A stretch of 64,000 nt of DNA from Cyclobacteriaceae bacterium (GTDB lineage: Bacteria; Bacteroidota; Bacteroidia; Cytophagales; Cyclobacteriaceae). Within the stretch, counting starts at the first letter, position 1. Each line of letters begins with the position of its first letter. The notes beneath the pieces were generated by a model. The model made no database searches and was not told the DNA's origin. It was given only the letters and a program-made list of their open reading frames with translations. Where the stretch lies: contig JBGAMI010000015.1 of assembly GCA_044223085.1 (NCBI GenBank), positions 8,207 to 72,206 of the forward strand, written 5' to 3'. Shown here one piece after another: positions 28,634-38,469 of the stretch. Both the position numbers and the translations under genes were made by a program.

Positions 28634-29827
28634 CTATGCAATAAAGTTTCTGTTTATTTCCTGAAGGGTCCTGGTACCCGCTTGTTGCATGGCGAGTTCA
28701 AACTCCCTTACCAGCAAGGTAAGTACTGTTTCCACGCCTTCCTGTCCGAATGCAGTAAGTCCCCAAATGTATGGCCTGCCAATACCCACCGCATCAGCAC
28801 CCAGGGCGAGGGCCTTGAAGATGTCTGTTCCTCGCCGCACGCCGCCGTCAATTAAGACGGGTATCCGTTTCTTGACGGTCGCTGCAATGTCAGGCAGGGC
28901 TTCGATGGTACCCCTGGCCGTTTCGCCTGCCCGCCCGCCGTGGTTCGACACTACAATGCCATCCATTCCCCGGGTGACACACAAGGCAGCATCGTCGGCC
29001 CGTTCAATACCCTTTACGATAACCTTCATCTTGGTGGATGACTTAATCTTGTCCAGCATCTCCCAGGTCACGATGCGGTCCATTTCGGGATCCTTGATGC
29101 CGGCCAACATGGGTTTTCGTTCAAAACGATTTCCGGAATGGCAGTTGGTACATGTGCGGGTATCGATTCGGCTCATGCGATCAAGGGTCTCCCGGTTGCT
29201 GGTGCCTCCCACCAAATCAACGGTGACCACGAGTACCTCGCAACCAGTAGCTTCCGCACGCCTGATCATCTTCAGTGTGCCTTCCCATTCCGTAAGGGGA
29301 TATAATTGATACCATACAGGTTCACCGCGCTCTTTGGATACATCCTCTACCGATTCGGTGGTTACAGTTGAGAGAATTTGAAGATGATTCTTTGCCTTCG
29401 CTGCACGTGCTGTGGCCAGTTCACCATCTTCGTGAAACGCATGTTGACTGGAGAGCGGCGACAAGAAGAGTGGGGTAGGCCAGCGTTTGCCGAACAGCGT
29501 GGTTGTCATGTCGACCTTGCGGGTATCGATCAGGCGGTGCAAGCTTAGCTTGATGGCCCTATAGGCTTCCTGATTGGCGTCCCGGGTGAAATTGTCGCGA
29601 ACACCCGTGGTGAGATAACCCAGGTGTGCGGGCGGCAGTTTTTGGTTTGCGATTTTTTCGAAGTCAAAAATATTGATGGCATCCGATGCCTTGGTGATCA
29701 GGTCTTCGAGGGAGGGCGTGGCAATAGTGGTCTTTTGTTCCGTTGGTGTACACCCCAGGCTAAGCAAGGGACTCCCCAGTAAAAACTTGAGCAGCAGGCG
29801 ACGGTGTTCCATGACAGAAGGTTGCAT
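28634..29827 (-). CDS. FMN-dependent alpha-hydroxy-acid oxidase/dehydrogenase with N-terminal export signal
   Basis: VVSNHGGRA, the FMN-binding TIM pattern (IDGGVRRGTDIFKALALGADAVGIGRP) and the N-terminus MQPSVMEHRRLLLKFLLGSPLLSLGC (twin-Arg-like) are present. The track start at 29878 is a TTG overlapping the uxaA stop, so the ATG at 29827 or 29812 is preferred. Confidence 0.75.
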   Translation of the reverse strand: MQPSVMEHRRLLLKFLLGSPLLSLGCTPTEQKTTIATPSLEDLITKASDAINIFDFEKIANQKLPPAHLGYLTTGVRDNFTRDANQEAYRAIKLSLHRLIDTRKVDMTTTLFGKRWPTPLFLSPLSSQHAFHEDGELATARAAKAKNHLQILSTVTTESVEDVSKERGEPVWYQLYPLTEWEGTLKMIRRAEATGCEVLVVTVDLVGGTSNRETLDRMSRIDTRTCTNCHSGNRFERKPMLAGIKDPEMDRIVTWEMLDKIKSSTKMKVIVKGIERADDAALCVTRGMDGIVVSNHGGRAGETARGTIEALPDIAATVKKRIPVLIDGGVRRGTDIFKALALGADAVGIGRPYIWGLTAFGQEGVETVLTLLVREFELAMQQAGTRTLQEINRNFIA

Positions 29828-29874
29828 AGGGGTAAGGATGATTACGAATATACAGATTTGAACCGTTGTGGAAC

Positions 29875-31503
29875 TCAAAGAGATACACCGCGCTTCCAGG
29901 GAATAAAATCGTATTGACGCAGTTGAACGGCTTTTGGGATCTGTTGTCCGCTGGCAACTGCAATGAGATACTCCAGAATTTCTTCTCCGACTTCCTCAAT
30001 AGTTTTTTCGCCTCGGATCACGGCTCCGCAATCAAAGTCAATGATGTCGGGCATCCTTTCGGCAAGCCGGCTGTTGGTAGAGAGTTTGACCACATGCGAA
30101 ACCGGGTTACCGGTGGGCGTCCCCAGGCCAGTGGTGAATAGTATGATTTGCGCTCCACTGCCGGTGGTGCCGGTTGTTGACTCCACATCGTTACCGGGTG
30201 TACACAGCAAATTAAGCCCTGCTTTGCGAAGGTAGGTACCATAGGGCAGCACATCGGCAACAGGTGCTGTTCCTCCTTTGCGTGCCGCTCCGGCTGATTT
30301 CATGGCATCGGTAATGAGCCCATCCTTGATGTTACCTGGTGACGGGTTCATGTCAAAACCTGAACCCGCGGCCACCGCTGCCTTGGAATAGGCCTGCATC
30401 AGATCGATAAACCGTTTGGCATCTGCAGGCACCTGACATCGGTCAATCAGATTTTGTTCCACACCACAGAGTTCAGGGAACTCTGACAAAATAGTGCTGC
30501 CACCCATGGCCACCAGGAGATCGGATGTGTGCCCGATGGCAGGATTGGCGGATATGCCAGAGAACCCATCCGACCCGCCGCACTTGAGGCCCACGACGAG
30601 TTTGCTTAGCGGAGCTGGCTTTCGTTGCAACTTGTTAGCCTCCTTAAGCCCGGTAAAAGTCAACCGGATAGCTTCCTCCATTAACGCCTGTTCAGTGCCA
30701 GCTTGCTGTTGATCCAGAATAATAACTGGCTTGGTACTGTTTGGATCCAGGTCACTAAGTTTCTTTTGTAGGATGTCAATTTCCGCGTGCTGACACCCCA
30801 GGCTGAAGACCGTTGCCCCGGCGACATTGGGATTGTGGATATATCCGGCCAACAAGGAGCAGAGCGTATCCGCATCCTGTCGCGTGCCTCCACATCCTCC
30901 TTCATGCAAGAGTGTTCTGATGCCATCCACCTGTGGGAACAATCGTTTCCCTGATTTTTGGGGGTGTGTAGTTGATGAGGTAACTACCTGTAAGTGCTCG
31001 TCAACCAGGTGATTGACAAAATCAGCATACCGGTCTTGTTCCTGATAACCCAGCGCAAGTTCCAAAGCCTTGCGCATATGTTCGATGTTACGGTTCTCAC
31101 AGAAGACCAGTGGCACCAGGAGCCAATAGTTTGCAATTCCAACCTGCCCGTCAGCGCGGTGGTATCCCAGAAAGGTGCGGTCCTTCCACCGGCTTGTATC
31201 GGGAGTTGTCCAGCTGTATGTTGAGTCTTTAAGGTGGTAATGGCTGGCTTGGTGATGCAGGTTATGCGTGCCAATGGCTTCTCCGGATTGAATACTTCGC
31301 GTTGTCTTGCCTATAGTAACACCATACATGGTCACAATAGCCCCGGATGACATATCATGCATGGCTACTTTGTGTTTAGCCGGGATACTTCCTTTGATAG
31401 TGTAGGTGACCCCGTCACAGGAAACAGCGTCACCTGCCAGCAGGTCAGTCAATGCGACTAAAACATTGTCATTCGGATGAATCCTGAGTACCTGGCTGGA
31501 CAT
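29875..31503 (-). CDS. uxaA: Altronate dehydratase (UxaA family)
   Basis: It has the SAF-domain N-terminus VLRIHPNDNVLVALTDLLAGD. Conserved blocks CGGTRQD, GLKCGGSDGFSGISANPA and LFTTGLGTP are present in a 542-aa protein. Confidence 0.85.
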   Translation of the reverse strand: MSSQVLRIHPNDNVLVALTDLLAGDAVSCDGVTYTIKGSIPAKHKVAMHDMSSGAIVTMYGVTIGKTTRSIQSGEAIGTHNLHHQASHYHLKDSTYSWTTPDTSRWKDRTFLGYHRADGQVGIANYWLLVPLVFCENRNIEHMRKALELALGYQEQDRYADFVNHLVDEHLQVVTSSTTHPQKSGKRLFPQVDGIRTLLHEGGCGGTRQDADTLCSLLAGYIHNPNVAGATVFSLGCQHAEIDILQKKLSDLDPNSTKPVIILDQQQAGTEQALMEEAIRLTFTGLKEANKLQRKPAPLSKLVVGLKCGGSDGFSGISANPAIGHTSDLLVAMGGSTILSEFPELCGVEQNLIDRCQVPADAKRFIDLMQAYSKAAVAAGSGFDMNPSPGNIKDGLITDAMKSAGAARKGGTAPVADVLPYGTYLRKAGLNLLCTPGNDVESTTGTTGSGAQIILFTTGLGTPTGNPVSHVVKLSTNSRLAERMPDIIDFDCGAVIRGEKTIEEVGEEILEYLIAVASGQQIPKAVQLRQYDFIPWKRGVSL

Positions 31504-31582
31504 TGGACTATAGTTCCTGACGAAGTAACGAAAAATTCAGGGTATGTGAGAAATTGTAAAGTTTGCGGATATTGTATTTCTG

Positions 31583-32584
31583 ATGGAATCAAGGAAAATA
31601 GTCACGCTCGGTGAGGTTCTGATGCGTCTCTCCACACCCGCATCGGGCCGACTGGTAAATGCGCACCAGCTCGACATAAATTATGGAGGCTCGGAGGCCA
31701 ATGTTTCCGTTGCCTTGGCGTCCTGGGGCATACCCTCGAAACATGTTACCCGGTTTCCGGACAATGAACTTGGTATTGCAGCCACCCGGTCTTTGCAGCA
31801 GGCGGGCGTGGACCTCCAACATTGTGTAACCGGCGGAGAACGGATGCCATTGTACTTTTTTGAACCCGGTGCAGGAGAACGATCCGGGAAGATCATCTAC
31901 GATCGATTTAATTCCGCATTTTCCAGTATCAGCCATGGGATGATTAAATGGGACGAAGTGTTTCGTGATGCTTCCTGGTTTCACTGGGGTGGGATTACAC
32001 CTGCGCTTTCTTTAGGTGCGTTAGAGGTCTGTCAGGAAGCCCTGAATAACGCCAAGTCACGGGGCATGGTGATATCCGCCGACATTAACTACAGAAGGAA
32101 CCTGTGGCGATACGGCAAATCTGCCCGTGAAGTTATGCCGGGTCTGATGGAAAAATCAAGCATTTGGATCGCAGGCGAAGAAGACCTGAAAAATTGCCTC
32201 GGCATTAGCTCATCTTCTTTTGAAGATGCCTGCGCGCAGGCCGGTAAGCTATTCTCTGGCCTTACGGGGATCGGTTGGATTAAACGCGAAGTTATCTCCT
32301 CCAGCCACCATCGCATTCAGGGACTGTGGTGGAACCGAACAAGTGTAAAGGCATCACGTCTGATGGAACTAAATCCGATTGTTGACAGAATAGGTTCCGG
32401 AGATGCGTTTGCGGCCGGGTTGATTTACGGCCATCATCAAAAATGGGAGGAACAGCAAATGATTGATTATGCGACAGCCGCCTGCGCTTTCAAACATACC
32501 ATGTCCGGGGATGTGTTGATGGCTTCGAGGGAGGAAGTGTCAGATCTCGCACGGCAGCAAAATATTGGAAAGCTATTGCGCTAA
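31583..32584 (+). CDS. kdgK: 2-dehydro-3-deoxygluconokinase (PfkB sugar kinase)
   Basis: The PfkB motifs GEVLMRL..GGSEANV and DRIGSGDAFAAGLIYG are present. It sits next to eda and exuT. Confidence 0.8.
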   Translation: MESRKIVTLGEVLMRLSTPASGRLVNAHQLDINYGGSEANVSVALASWGIPSKHVTRFPDNELGIAATRSLQQAGVDLQHCVTGGERMPLYFFEPGAGERSGKIIYDRFNSAFSSISHGMIKWDEVFRDASWFHWGGITPALSLGALEVCQEALNNAKSRGMVISADINYRRNLWRYGKSAREVMPGLMEKSSIWIAGEEDLKNCLGISSSSFEDACAQAGKLFSGLTGIGWIKREVISSSHHRIQGLWWNRTSVKASRLMELNPIVDRIGSGDAFAAGLIYGHHQKWEEQQMIDYATAACAFKHTMSGDVLMASREEVSDLARQQNIGKLLR

Positions 32585-32586
32585 CC

Positions 32587-33252
32587 ATGATGAGTGCGCA
32601 ACAATCTTTGATCGACAAGATCTGCGGCGACGGGGTATTGCCCTTGTATGCTGATGATAATGCTACGAGACTTTTTCGGGTAATAGATGCGTTGGTGGAA
32701 GGCGGGGTGCGCACCTTTGAGTTCACGAACCGGAAACAAAATGCCCTGCAGATATTTGAAGAACTGGTAAGCTATGCCAGGCAGTATCCTGATTTGCACC
32801 TGGGTACTGGTACCGTGTTGGATGGAGATACCGCCAGGCGGTTCATCGGAGTGGGAGCTTCCTTTATTGTAGCACCGACTACACAGGCTGGTACCGGAGG
32901 TGTTTGCGCAGCATCGGGGGTATTGTGGATACCTGGCGCAGCAACACCATCTGAGATAAGTTCAGCCTTGTCGATGGGGGCAGGCATCGTTAAGATTTTT
33001 CCGGGATCTGTGCTGGGTCCGGAGTTTGTAAGGTCAATACGAAGTGTCATGCCTGATGTTCCGATGATGGTGACTGGCGGCGTTGAACCAACGGAGTTGA
33101 GCATGCAGACTTGGTTCAAAGCAGGTGCTCAATGTGTAGGGTTGGGATCTCAACTTTTCTCCCATGACATCATACAGGGTGAACGCTGGTCAGAACTTAC
33201 AGCCAGGGCTGCTGATTGTGTTTCGATAGCCCGACGCCTGAAGGGCAAGTAA
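32587..33252 (+). CDS. eda: KDPG / 4-hydroxy-2-oxoglutarate aldolase
   Basis: GVRTFEFTNR, GTGTVLD, IVKIFPG and MVTGGV are present in a 221-aa protein. Confidence 0.85.
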   Translation: MMSAQQSLIDKICGDGVLPLYADDNATRLFRVIDALVEGGVRTFEFTNRKQNALQIFEELVSYARQYPDLHLGTGTVLDGDTARRFIGVGASFIVAPTTQAGTGGVCAASGVLWIPGAATPSEISSALSMGAGIVKIFPGSVLGPEFVRSIRSVMPDVPMMVTGGVEPTELSMQTWFKAGAQCVGLGSQLFSHDIIQGERWSELTARAADCVSIARRLKGK

Positions 33253-33254
33253 TC

Positions 33255-34541
33255 ATGCCAGACGTTCAAAATACAGCCGGACGATTGCGTTGGACGATCT
33301 GCGGATTGTTGTTTGCTGCCACCACCATCAATTATATCGACCGTCAGGTAATAGGCTTGCTAAAACCTACCCTGCAAGACGAATTCCATTGGACAGAAAG
33401 CGATTATGCTACGGTTGTCATGGCTTTCAATGCTGCCTATGCCATCGGCTTGTTGCTGTCAGGAAGGTTGATAGACCGTTTTGGTACGCGTCTGGGGTAC
33501 ACCCTATCGGTAGCTTTTTGGAGTTTGGCAGCCATGTTGCACGGTGGCGTTACATCGACCCTTGGTTTCCTGGGCGTTCGCGCGATGCTTGGTTTGGGTG
33601 AAGGAGGAAACTTCCCGAATGCCATCAAAGCAACAGCAGAATGGTTTCCGCGCAAGGAAAGGGCTTTGGCTACCGGAATTTTTAATTCAGGCGCCAACAT
33701 CGGTGCGATGATTGCTCCTGTGCTGGTGCCGTGGATACTTGGATTATATGGCTGGCGTCAGGCGTTTATCTGGACCGGGGCGCTTGGTATTTTTTGGTTG
33801 GTGGCCTGGTGGATATGGTATGAAGTGCCATCCCGCCATAAACAGCTTTCTTCAGGTGAGCGTAACTACATTCAGCAAGATGACGAGATAGCGGAGCCTG
33901 CTTCGCCATACGCGGTGATGCAATTACTTCGGTTTAAGCAAACCTGGGCTTTCGTGCTGGGAAAATTTCTGACAGATCCCATATGGTGGTTCTTCCTCTT
34001 TTGGTTGCCTTCCTATTTCTCAGATACCTATGCCATAGATTTGCGCAAGCCCAATTGGCAATTGGTGGCCGTATATATGGCCACATCCCTGGGAAGTATT
34101 GGCGGTGGCTATTTATCATCAAATCTTATTAGCAAGGGATGGGGTGTGTTCCGGGCACGCAAGACGTCCATGCTGGTATTTGCCCTTTGTGTTTTGCCCG
34201 TGATGACCGCGCCATGGGTGGGCAACATCTGGATGGCAGTGGCCTTGATCAGCCTGGCAGCTGCATCTCACCAGGCATGGAGTGCAACGATCTTCACCAC
34301 GGCTTCTGATATTTTCCCCAAGTCATCTATAAGCACCGTGGTTGGGATCGGTGGTATGGCTGGATCGGTTGGAGGAATTCTTTTTCCCTTGCTGGTCGGG
34401 TGGCTACTGGATTACTATAAATCCGCCGGTAACATTGGCACCGGCTATACCATCTTGTTTGTGATTTCAGGTTCCGCCTATGGAGTAGCATGGATGGTAA
34501 TGCATTGTCTTACACCAAAGTCGCTGGCGCTGCCGGCGTAA
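33255..34541 (+). CDS. exuT: MFS hexuronate transporter
   Basis: RWTICGLLFAATTINYIDRQVIGLLKP is an ExuT-type N-terminus, and the protein has 12-TM composition. The ATG at 33255 is preferred over the track start at 33216, which overlaps eda. Confidence 0.8.
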   Translation: MPDVQNTAGRLRWTICGLLFAATTINYIDRQVIGLLKPTLQDEFHWTESDYATVVMAFNAAYAIGLLLSGRLIDRFGTRLGYTLSVAFWSLAAMLHGGVTSTLGFLGVRAMLGLGEGGNFPNAIKATAEWFPRKERALATGIFNSGANIGAMIAPVLVPWILGLYGWRQAFIWTGALGIFWLVAWWIWYEVPSRHKQLSSGERNYIQQDDEIAEPASPYAVMQLLRFKQTWAFVLGKFLTDPIWWFFLFWLPSYFSDTYAIDLRKPNWQLVAVYMATSLGSIGGGYLSSNLISKGWGVFRARKTSMLVFALCVLPVMTAPWVGNIWMAVALISLAAASHQAWSATIFTTASDIFPKSSISTVVGIGGMAGSVGGILFPLLVGWLLDYYKSAGNIGTGYTILFVISGSAYGVAWMVMHCLTPKSLALPA

Positions 34542-34582
34542 TAGGGTGTGGGCCGATCTGGTTTATGTATTAATTTTCGGTC

Positions 34583-37500
34583 ATGATTGTCCGTAGTCGC
34601 TTATTGAGGATCACCAAAGTCGCAGCCCTTGCCTTGGCGGTTTTCTTCGTTTTATTGGTCCTGGTAATCTGGTGCTTTCTCTTGCTTAACCGGGATTCGT
34701 TCCGTACAAAACTTGAACAAGTAATTGATCGTCAGATCACTAAGGATGTATACTTTGATGATGTATCGGTTACCCTTTTTCGTGACTTTCCCAACATCAC
34801 CGTCACCCTTGAACAAGTTTCCATGGTCGGCCGTGGCGAGTTTGCAGGTGACACCCTGGCCCGTGCCGATGAGCTTGACTTTGAAATCCGGTTAGGCAGT
34901 CTGTTCTGGGGACCGGAAACGGAACTGAAGAGTATACACTTACGGGCTCCAACGTTGAAACTCCGTGTATTGGCAAATGGACATGCCAATTATGATCTAA
35001 TTGCCTCAGACAGTAGTGATACCACGACCAGTACAGGCACCGGCATGGCCCTGGATGAAGTTCGCGTAAGCAACGGCAACCTGCATTACACGGACATGGG
35101 GCGGAAACTGGATGTATGGCTCAAGGACCTCACCTTTTCAGGCAGGGGAGATTTCGCACGTGATGTGTTTGATTTGAAAATGCAAATCATCTCAAACGAT
35201 TTTACACTCAATTATGGCAAGCTTAGGTATTTCTTCAAAAAGGAACTTGAAGTGGATGCCACCCTGGAATTGGATTTCAATGCGCGGCGATTCGCATTCA
35301 AACAGAATGACTGGCGCATTAATCACTTCCGGTTTAACATAGAAGGCAGCCTGGCTCAGTTGGAAAAGGGGTATGATTTTGGATTGACATTCGCTACCCA
35401 ATCCACTGAATTTAAGAATATACTCTCGTTGGTTCCTGGCGTTTTTATGAAAGATTTCAAACAAATATCAACGCAGGGTGAGTTGGGATTTACAGGATTT
35501 ATCAATGGTGCCTGGATCCCGGACCAGAAGCAACTGCCAAGCATGATGGCCAATTTCAAGGTGACAGATGCCCGTTTTAAGATTGACACCTTACCGGATC
35601 CCATTGATCACATTCAAATGGAATTTCAGATCAGTAACCTGTATGGCATCCGTGATAGCACCGTATTTGATTTCAAAAACCTCTCCTTTGAAATGCTTAA
35701 GCACCGGGTGCAGGGAAGATTCCTCTGGAAAGGTGTGGATCACATTTACCTGGATGGCGATCTGCATGCTGACCTGGACCTGGCTGAACTGGAACGCATG
35801 TACCCCATTGACGGAATGGAGTTAAAAGGGGATTTGATGGGTGAAATAAGAGTGAAAGGTCCTCTCGCCTGGCGCGACAGCGTCTTAACTCAGGTGCCTG
35901 TCTTTCAGGTGCAAACCCGCCTCCGCGATGGCCGGATAAAATATAATCACCTCCCTGCAGCAATTGACAGCATTCAGTTTTACCTGGCGGCCAACAACCC
36001 GACGGGTAAACCAGCGCACACCGTATTTGATTTTCAACGGTTGTTTATGAAGTTGGACAAGAATACCATCGGTGGTTTTCTCCATGTAAGGGGATATGAA
36101 GAGTTGCAGATCAAGTCTGACCTGAAGGCCGATATTGATTTAGCAGATCTGGAGACCATTTTTCCCCTCGAGGGTGTAGTGGCCAAAGGAAAGCTCTCGT
36201 TTGAGTTGTTGGCCAATGGCGTTTATCATGCTGCTACCCGTAAGTTTCCTCCGGTGAAGGCAACCGTTGAATTGAAAGAAGGTTACCTGAAGACTAACGG
36301 ATATCCCGAACCGCTCACCAATATCCACTTCAAAGGCGGGGTGATGAATGATGACGGTAAATTTGCAGACACGCGCCTTACCATCGATCAACTTACTTAT
36401 ACGCTGGAAGATGAACCTTTTGAAGTAAAAGGATCAGTTGCCAACCTGGAATACCTGGACTATGATCTTAAGGTAAAGGGAAGGGTGGACCTGGCCAAAC
36501 TTACGCGGGTGTATCCGGTCACCGGATTTAAGTGGGAGGGGATCGTCCAAACAAACCTGGAGACAAGCGGAAGACTAAGCGAAGTGGAAGCAGGACGATA
36601 CGACAATGTTTCTTCATCTGGCACTTTGTCCCTGGATGGCATAGAAGTATTTGGTAATTCGATTCCTCAACCTTGCCGGATTGATGAGGCTGTATTTTCC
36701 TTTACCCCGAAACGGATTCAATTGGATCGATTTCGCGGGAGGTTTGGAAAGGGTAAGGTTACTATGTCCGGTGACATTACCAACTACATGGCTTTTGCGA
36801 CACGTAAATCGGATCTGGTCACGGCTGACCTTATGCTTCGATGTGATACCCTCGATATTAACCAATGGATGTCCCTTTCCGACACCACCCACCACAACAA
36901 GCAAATGAAGGTATGGCAGGTGCCCATGAACTTACAGGCGACTTTTGATTCTGAAATTGACTATGTTCATTTTGATGATATGCACATCACCAAACTGGAT
37001 GGATCTATCGGAATGCAGGATGGGATATTGCGATTTAAAGAAACGGGCTTCAATACCCTGAATGCAGCGTTTAATATTTCGGGTGACTACAATACGAGGG
37101 ACATGAATCACCCGGCATTCGATTTATCCCTGGATATCAAAGAGTTAGACATAAGTCGGGCATACCGCGAAATGCGGTTGGTGCGTGAATTATTGCCCGC
37201 CGCCGGAAATGCAGATGGGATGTTCTCGATAACCTACAAGTTGAAGGGTGAGTTGAATGATGCGTTATATCCCCGTTACGAGACCCTGATCGGCGGTGGA
37301 GAAATGCGTATTGCGCATGCTAAAATCAACGGCATGAAGATTTTTGAGGAATTGAGTAAGGCCACCAAACGCCAGGAAGTAAATGATCCGCACCTGCGCG
37401 ATTTCGTCCTGAGATCAGAAGTTCGTGATAACAAAATCATAATCAAACCATTTTCGATCAAGGTGTCCGGCTTCGATGCAGACATAGAAGGCACCAGTGA

Positions 37501-37654
37501 AATGACGGGCGCCATTCAATACATTGTAAAACTTCAACTGTTGCCTTTTGGTATCAAGATCCCATTTCACGTTAGTGGAAACTACGACAACCCCAAGGTG
37601 ACCATAGGCAAGGGGCACGTGCTTCCGCCCCCGGATTCCATAAAATCAAAGTAG
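34583..37654 (+). CDS. AsmA-family / TamB-like large envelope protein
   Basis: It has an N-terminal TM anchor (VAALALAVFFVLLVLVIWCFLLL) followed by ~950 aa of repetitive beta-rich sequence typical of AsmA-like proteins. No catalytic motifs are visible. Confidence 0.55.
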   Translation: MIVRSRLLRITKVAALALAVFFVLLVLVIWCFLLLNRDSFRTKLEQVIDRQITKDVYFDDVSVTLFRDFPNITVTLEQVSMVGRGEFAGDTLARADELDFEIRLGSLFWGPETELKSIHLRAPTLKLRVLANGHANYDLIASDSSDTTTSTGTGMALDEVRVSNGNLHYTDMGRKLDVWLKDLTFSGRGDFARDVFDLKMQIISNDFTLNYGKLRYFFKKELEVDATLELDFNARRFAFKQNDWRINHFRFNIEGSLAQLEKGYDFGLTFATQSTEFKNILSLVPGVFMKDFKQISTQGELGFTGFINGAWIPDQKQLPSMMANFKVTDARFKIDTLPDPIDHIQMEFQISNLYGIRDSTVFDFKNLSFEMLKHRVQGRFLWKGVDHIYLDGDLHADLDLAELERMYPIDGMELKGDLMGEIRVKGPLAWRDSVLTQVPVFQVQTRLRDGRIKYNHLPAAIDSIQFYLAANNPTGKPAHTVFDFQRLFMKLDKNTIGGFLHVRGYEELQIKSDLKADIDLADLETIFPLEGVVAKGKLSFELLANGVYHAATRKFPPVKATVELKEGYLKTNGYPEPLTNIHFKGGVMNDDGKFADTRLTIDQLTYTLEDEPFEVKGSVANLEYLDYDLKVKGRVDLAKLTRVYPVTGFKWEGIVQTNLETSGRLSEVEAGRYDNVSSSGTLSLDGIEVFGNSIPQPCRIDEAVFSFTPKRIQLDRFRGRFGKGKVTMSGDITNYMAFATRKSDLVTADLMLRCDTLDINQWMSLSDTTHHNKQMKVWQVPMNLQATFDSEIDYVHFDDMHITKLDGSIGMQDGILRFKETGFNTLNAAFNISGDYNTRDMNHPAFDLSLDIKELDISRAYREMRLVRELLPAAGNADGMFSITYKLKGELNDALYPRYETLIGGGEMRIAHAKINGMKIFEELSKATKRQEVNDPHLRDFVLRSEVRDNKIIIKPFSIKVSGFDADIEGTSEMTGAIQYIVKLQLLPFGIKIPFHVSGNYDNPKVTIGKGHVLPPPDSIKSK

Positions 37655-37656
37655 CC

Positions 37657-38469
37657 ATGTCATCTTATATTCACGGCACTGATCCCACAGAGCAGGCCCG
37701 CCTTTCAAAGCTCAATGAATTGATTAATGCCCGGTGTATCGCATTGATGCCGGTAAAGACCGGGGACAAGATACTCGATGTTGGCAGTGGCCTTGGACAA
37801 TTCACACACCAATTGGCCCAACTGACCGGACCTGCCGGCGCTTGTCTGGGGATCGAGCGCGACCAAAATCAGTTGGCCGTGGCAGCCCACCTGAGTAAGA
37901 ATCATCCGTGGCTGGAATTTAGGTTGGCAAATGCCGAATCACTGGAATTGCATGAGTCGGAGTGGGGTTTATTCGATGGTGCCCATGCACGCTTTATTCT
38001 CGAGCATGTTCAACAGCCGAACAAGATCGTTCACAGTATGTTTCGGGCAGTACGGCCGGGTGGCTGGGCCGTGGTGGCCGACGATGATCATCCAGGCCTT
38101 GTCTTGTTCCCGGAGCCGGAGGGCTTTCAATCCCTTTGGAAAGCCTACATGCAATCCTACGAGCGGCTCGGCAATGACCCGAACATTGGACGTAAGTTGG
38201 TTGCTTTGCTATACCATGAAGGTTTCCGGCAGATACGCAATGATTTAGTGTTTTTTGGTGACAACGCTGGTACCGACACCTTTCAAGCACTTGCTCAGAA
38301 TCTCATTGGAATTATAACAGGCGCCCGGGAGGTAATGATCCGCGAGCGCCTGATAGAATCTACTGACTTTGATGCATCGATCCATCACCTGCAAACCTGG
38401 TCCCGACTTCCGGATGCAGCCATGTGGTACACGATCAACTGGGCCATTGGCTTCCGGCCGGCTACCTGA
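37657..38469 (+). CDS. Class I SAM-dependent methyltransferase
   Basis: Motif I is ILDVGSGLGQFT, and the post-I and motif II spacing is consistent (..FDGAHARFILEHV.., RPGGWAVV). Confidence 0.8.
   Translation: MSSYIHGTDPTEQARLSKLNELINARCIALMPVKTGDKILDVGSGLGQFTHQLAQLTGPAGACLGIERDQNQLAVAAHLSKNHPWLEFRLANAESLELHESEWGLFDGAHARFILEHVQQPNKIVHSMFRAVRPGGWAVVADDDHPGLVLFPEPEGFQSLWKAYMQSYERLGNDPNIGRKLVALLYHEGFRQIRNDLVFFGDNAGTDTFQALAQNLIGIITGAREVMIRERLIESTDFDASIHHLQTWSRLPDAAMWYTINWAIGFRPAT

Noticed and set aside
29828-29878. TTG start at 29878 for the alpha-hydroxy-acid oxidase, with an overlap on the uxaA stop
   Set aside because: The added residues (MSSTTVQICIFVIILTP) precede a much better signal-peptide start, MQPSVMEHRRLLLKF. 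The internal ATG is preferred, although the exact start is unproven.
33216-33254. The track start (33216) for the hexuronate transporter, which overlaps eda by 37 nt
   Set aside because: The ATG at 33255 lies just after the eda stop and gives the usual ExuT N-terminus (MPDVQNTAGRLRWTICGLL...). The upstream extension MCFDSPTPEGQVI has no support.
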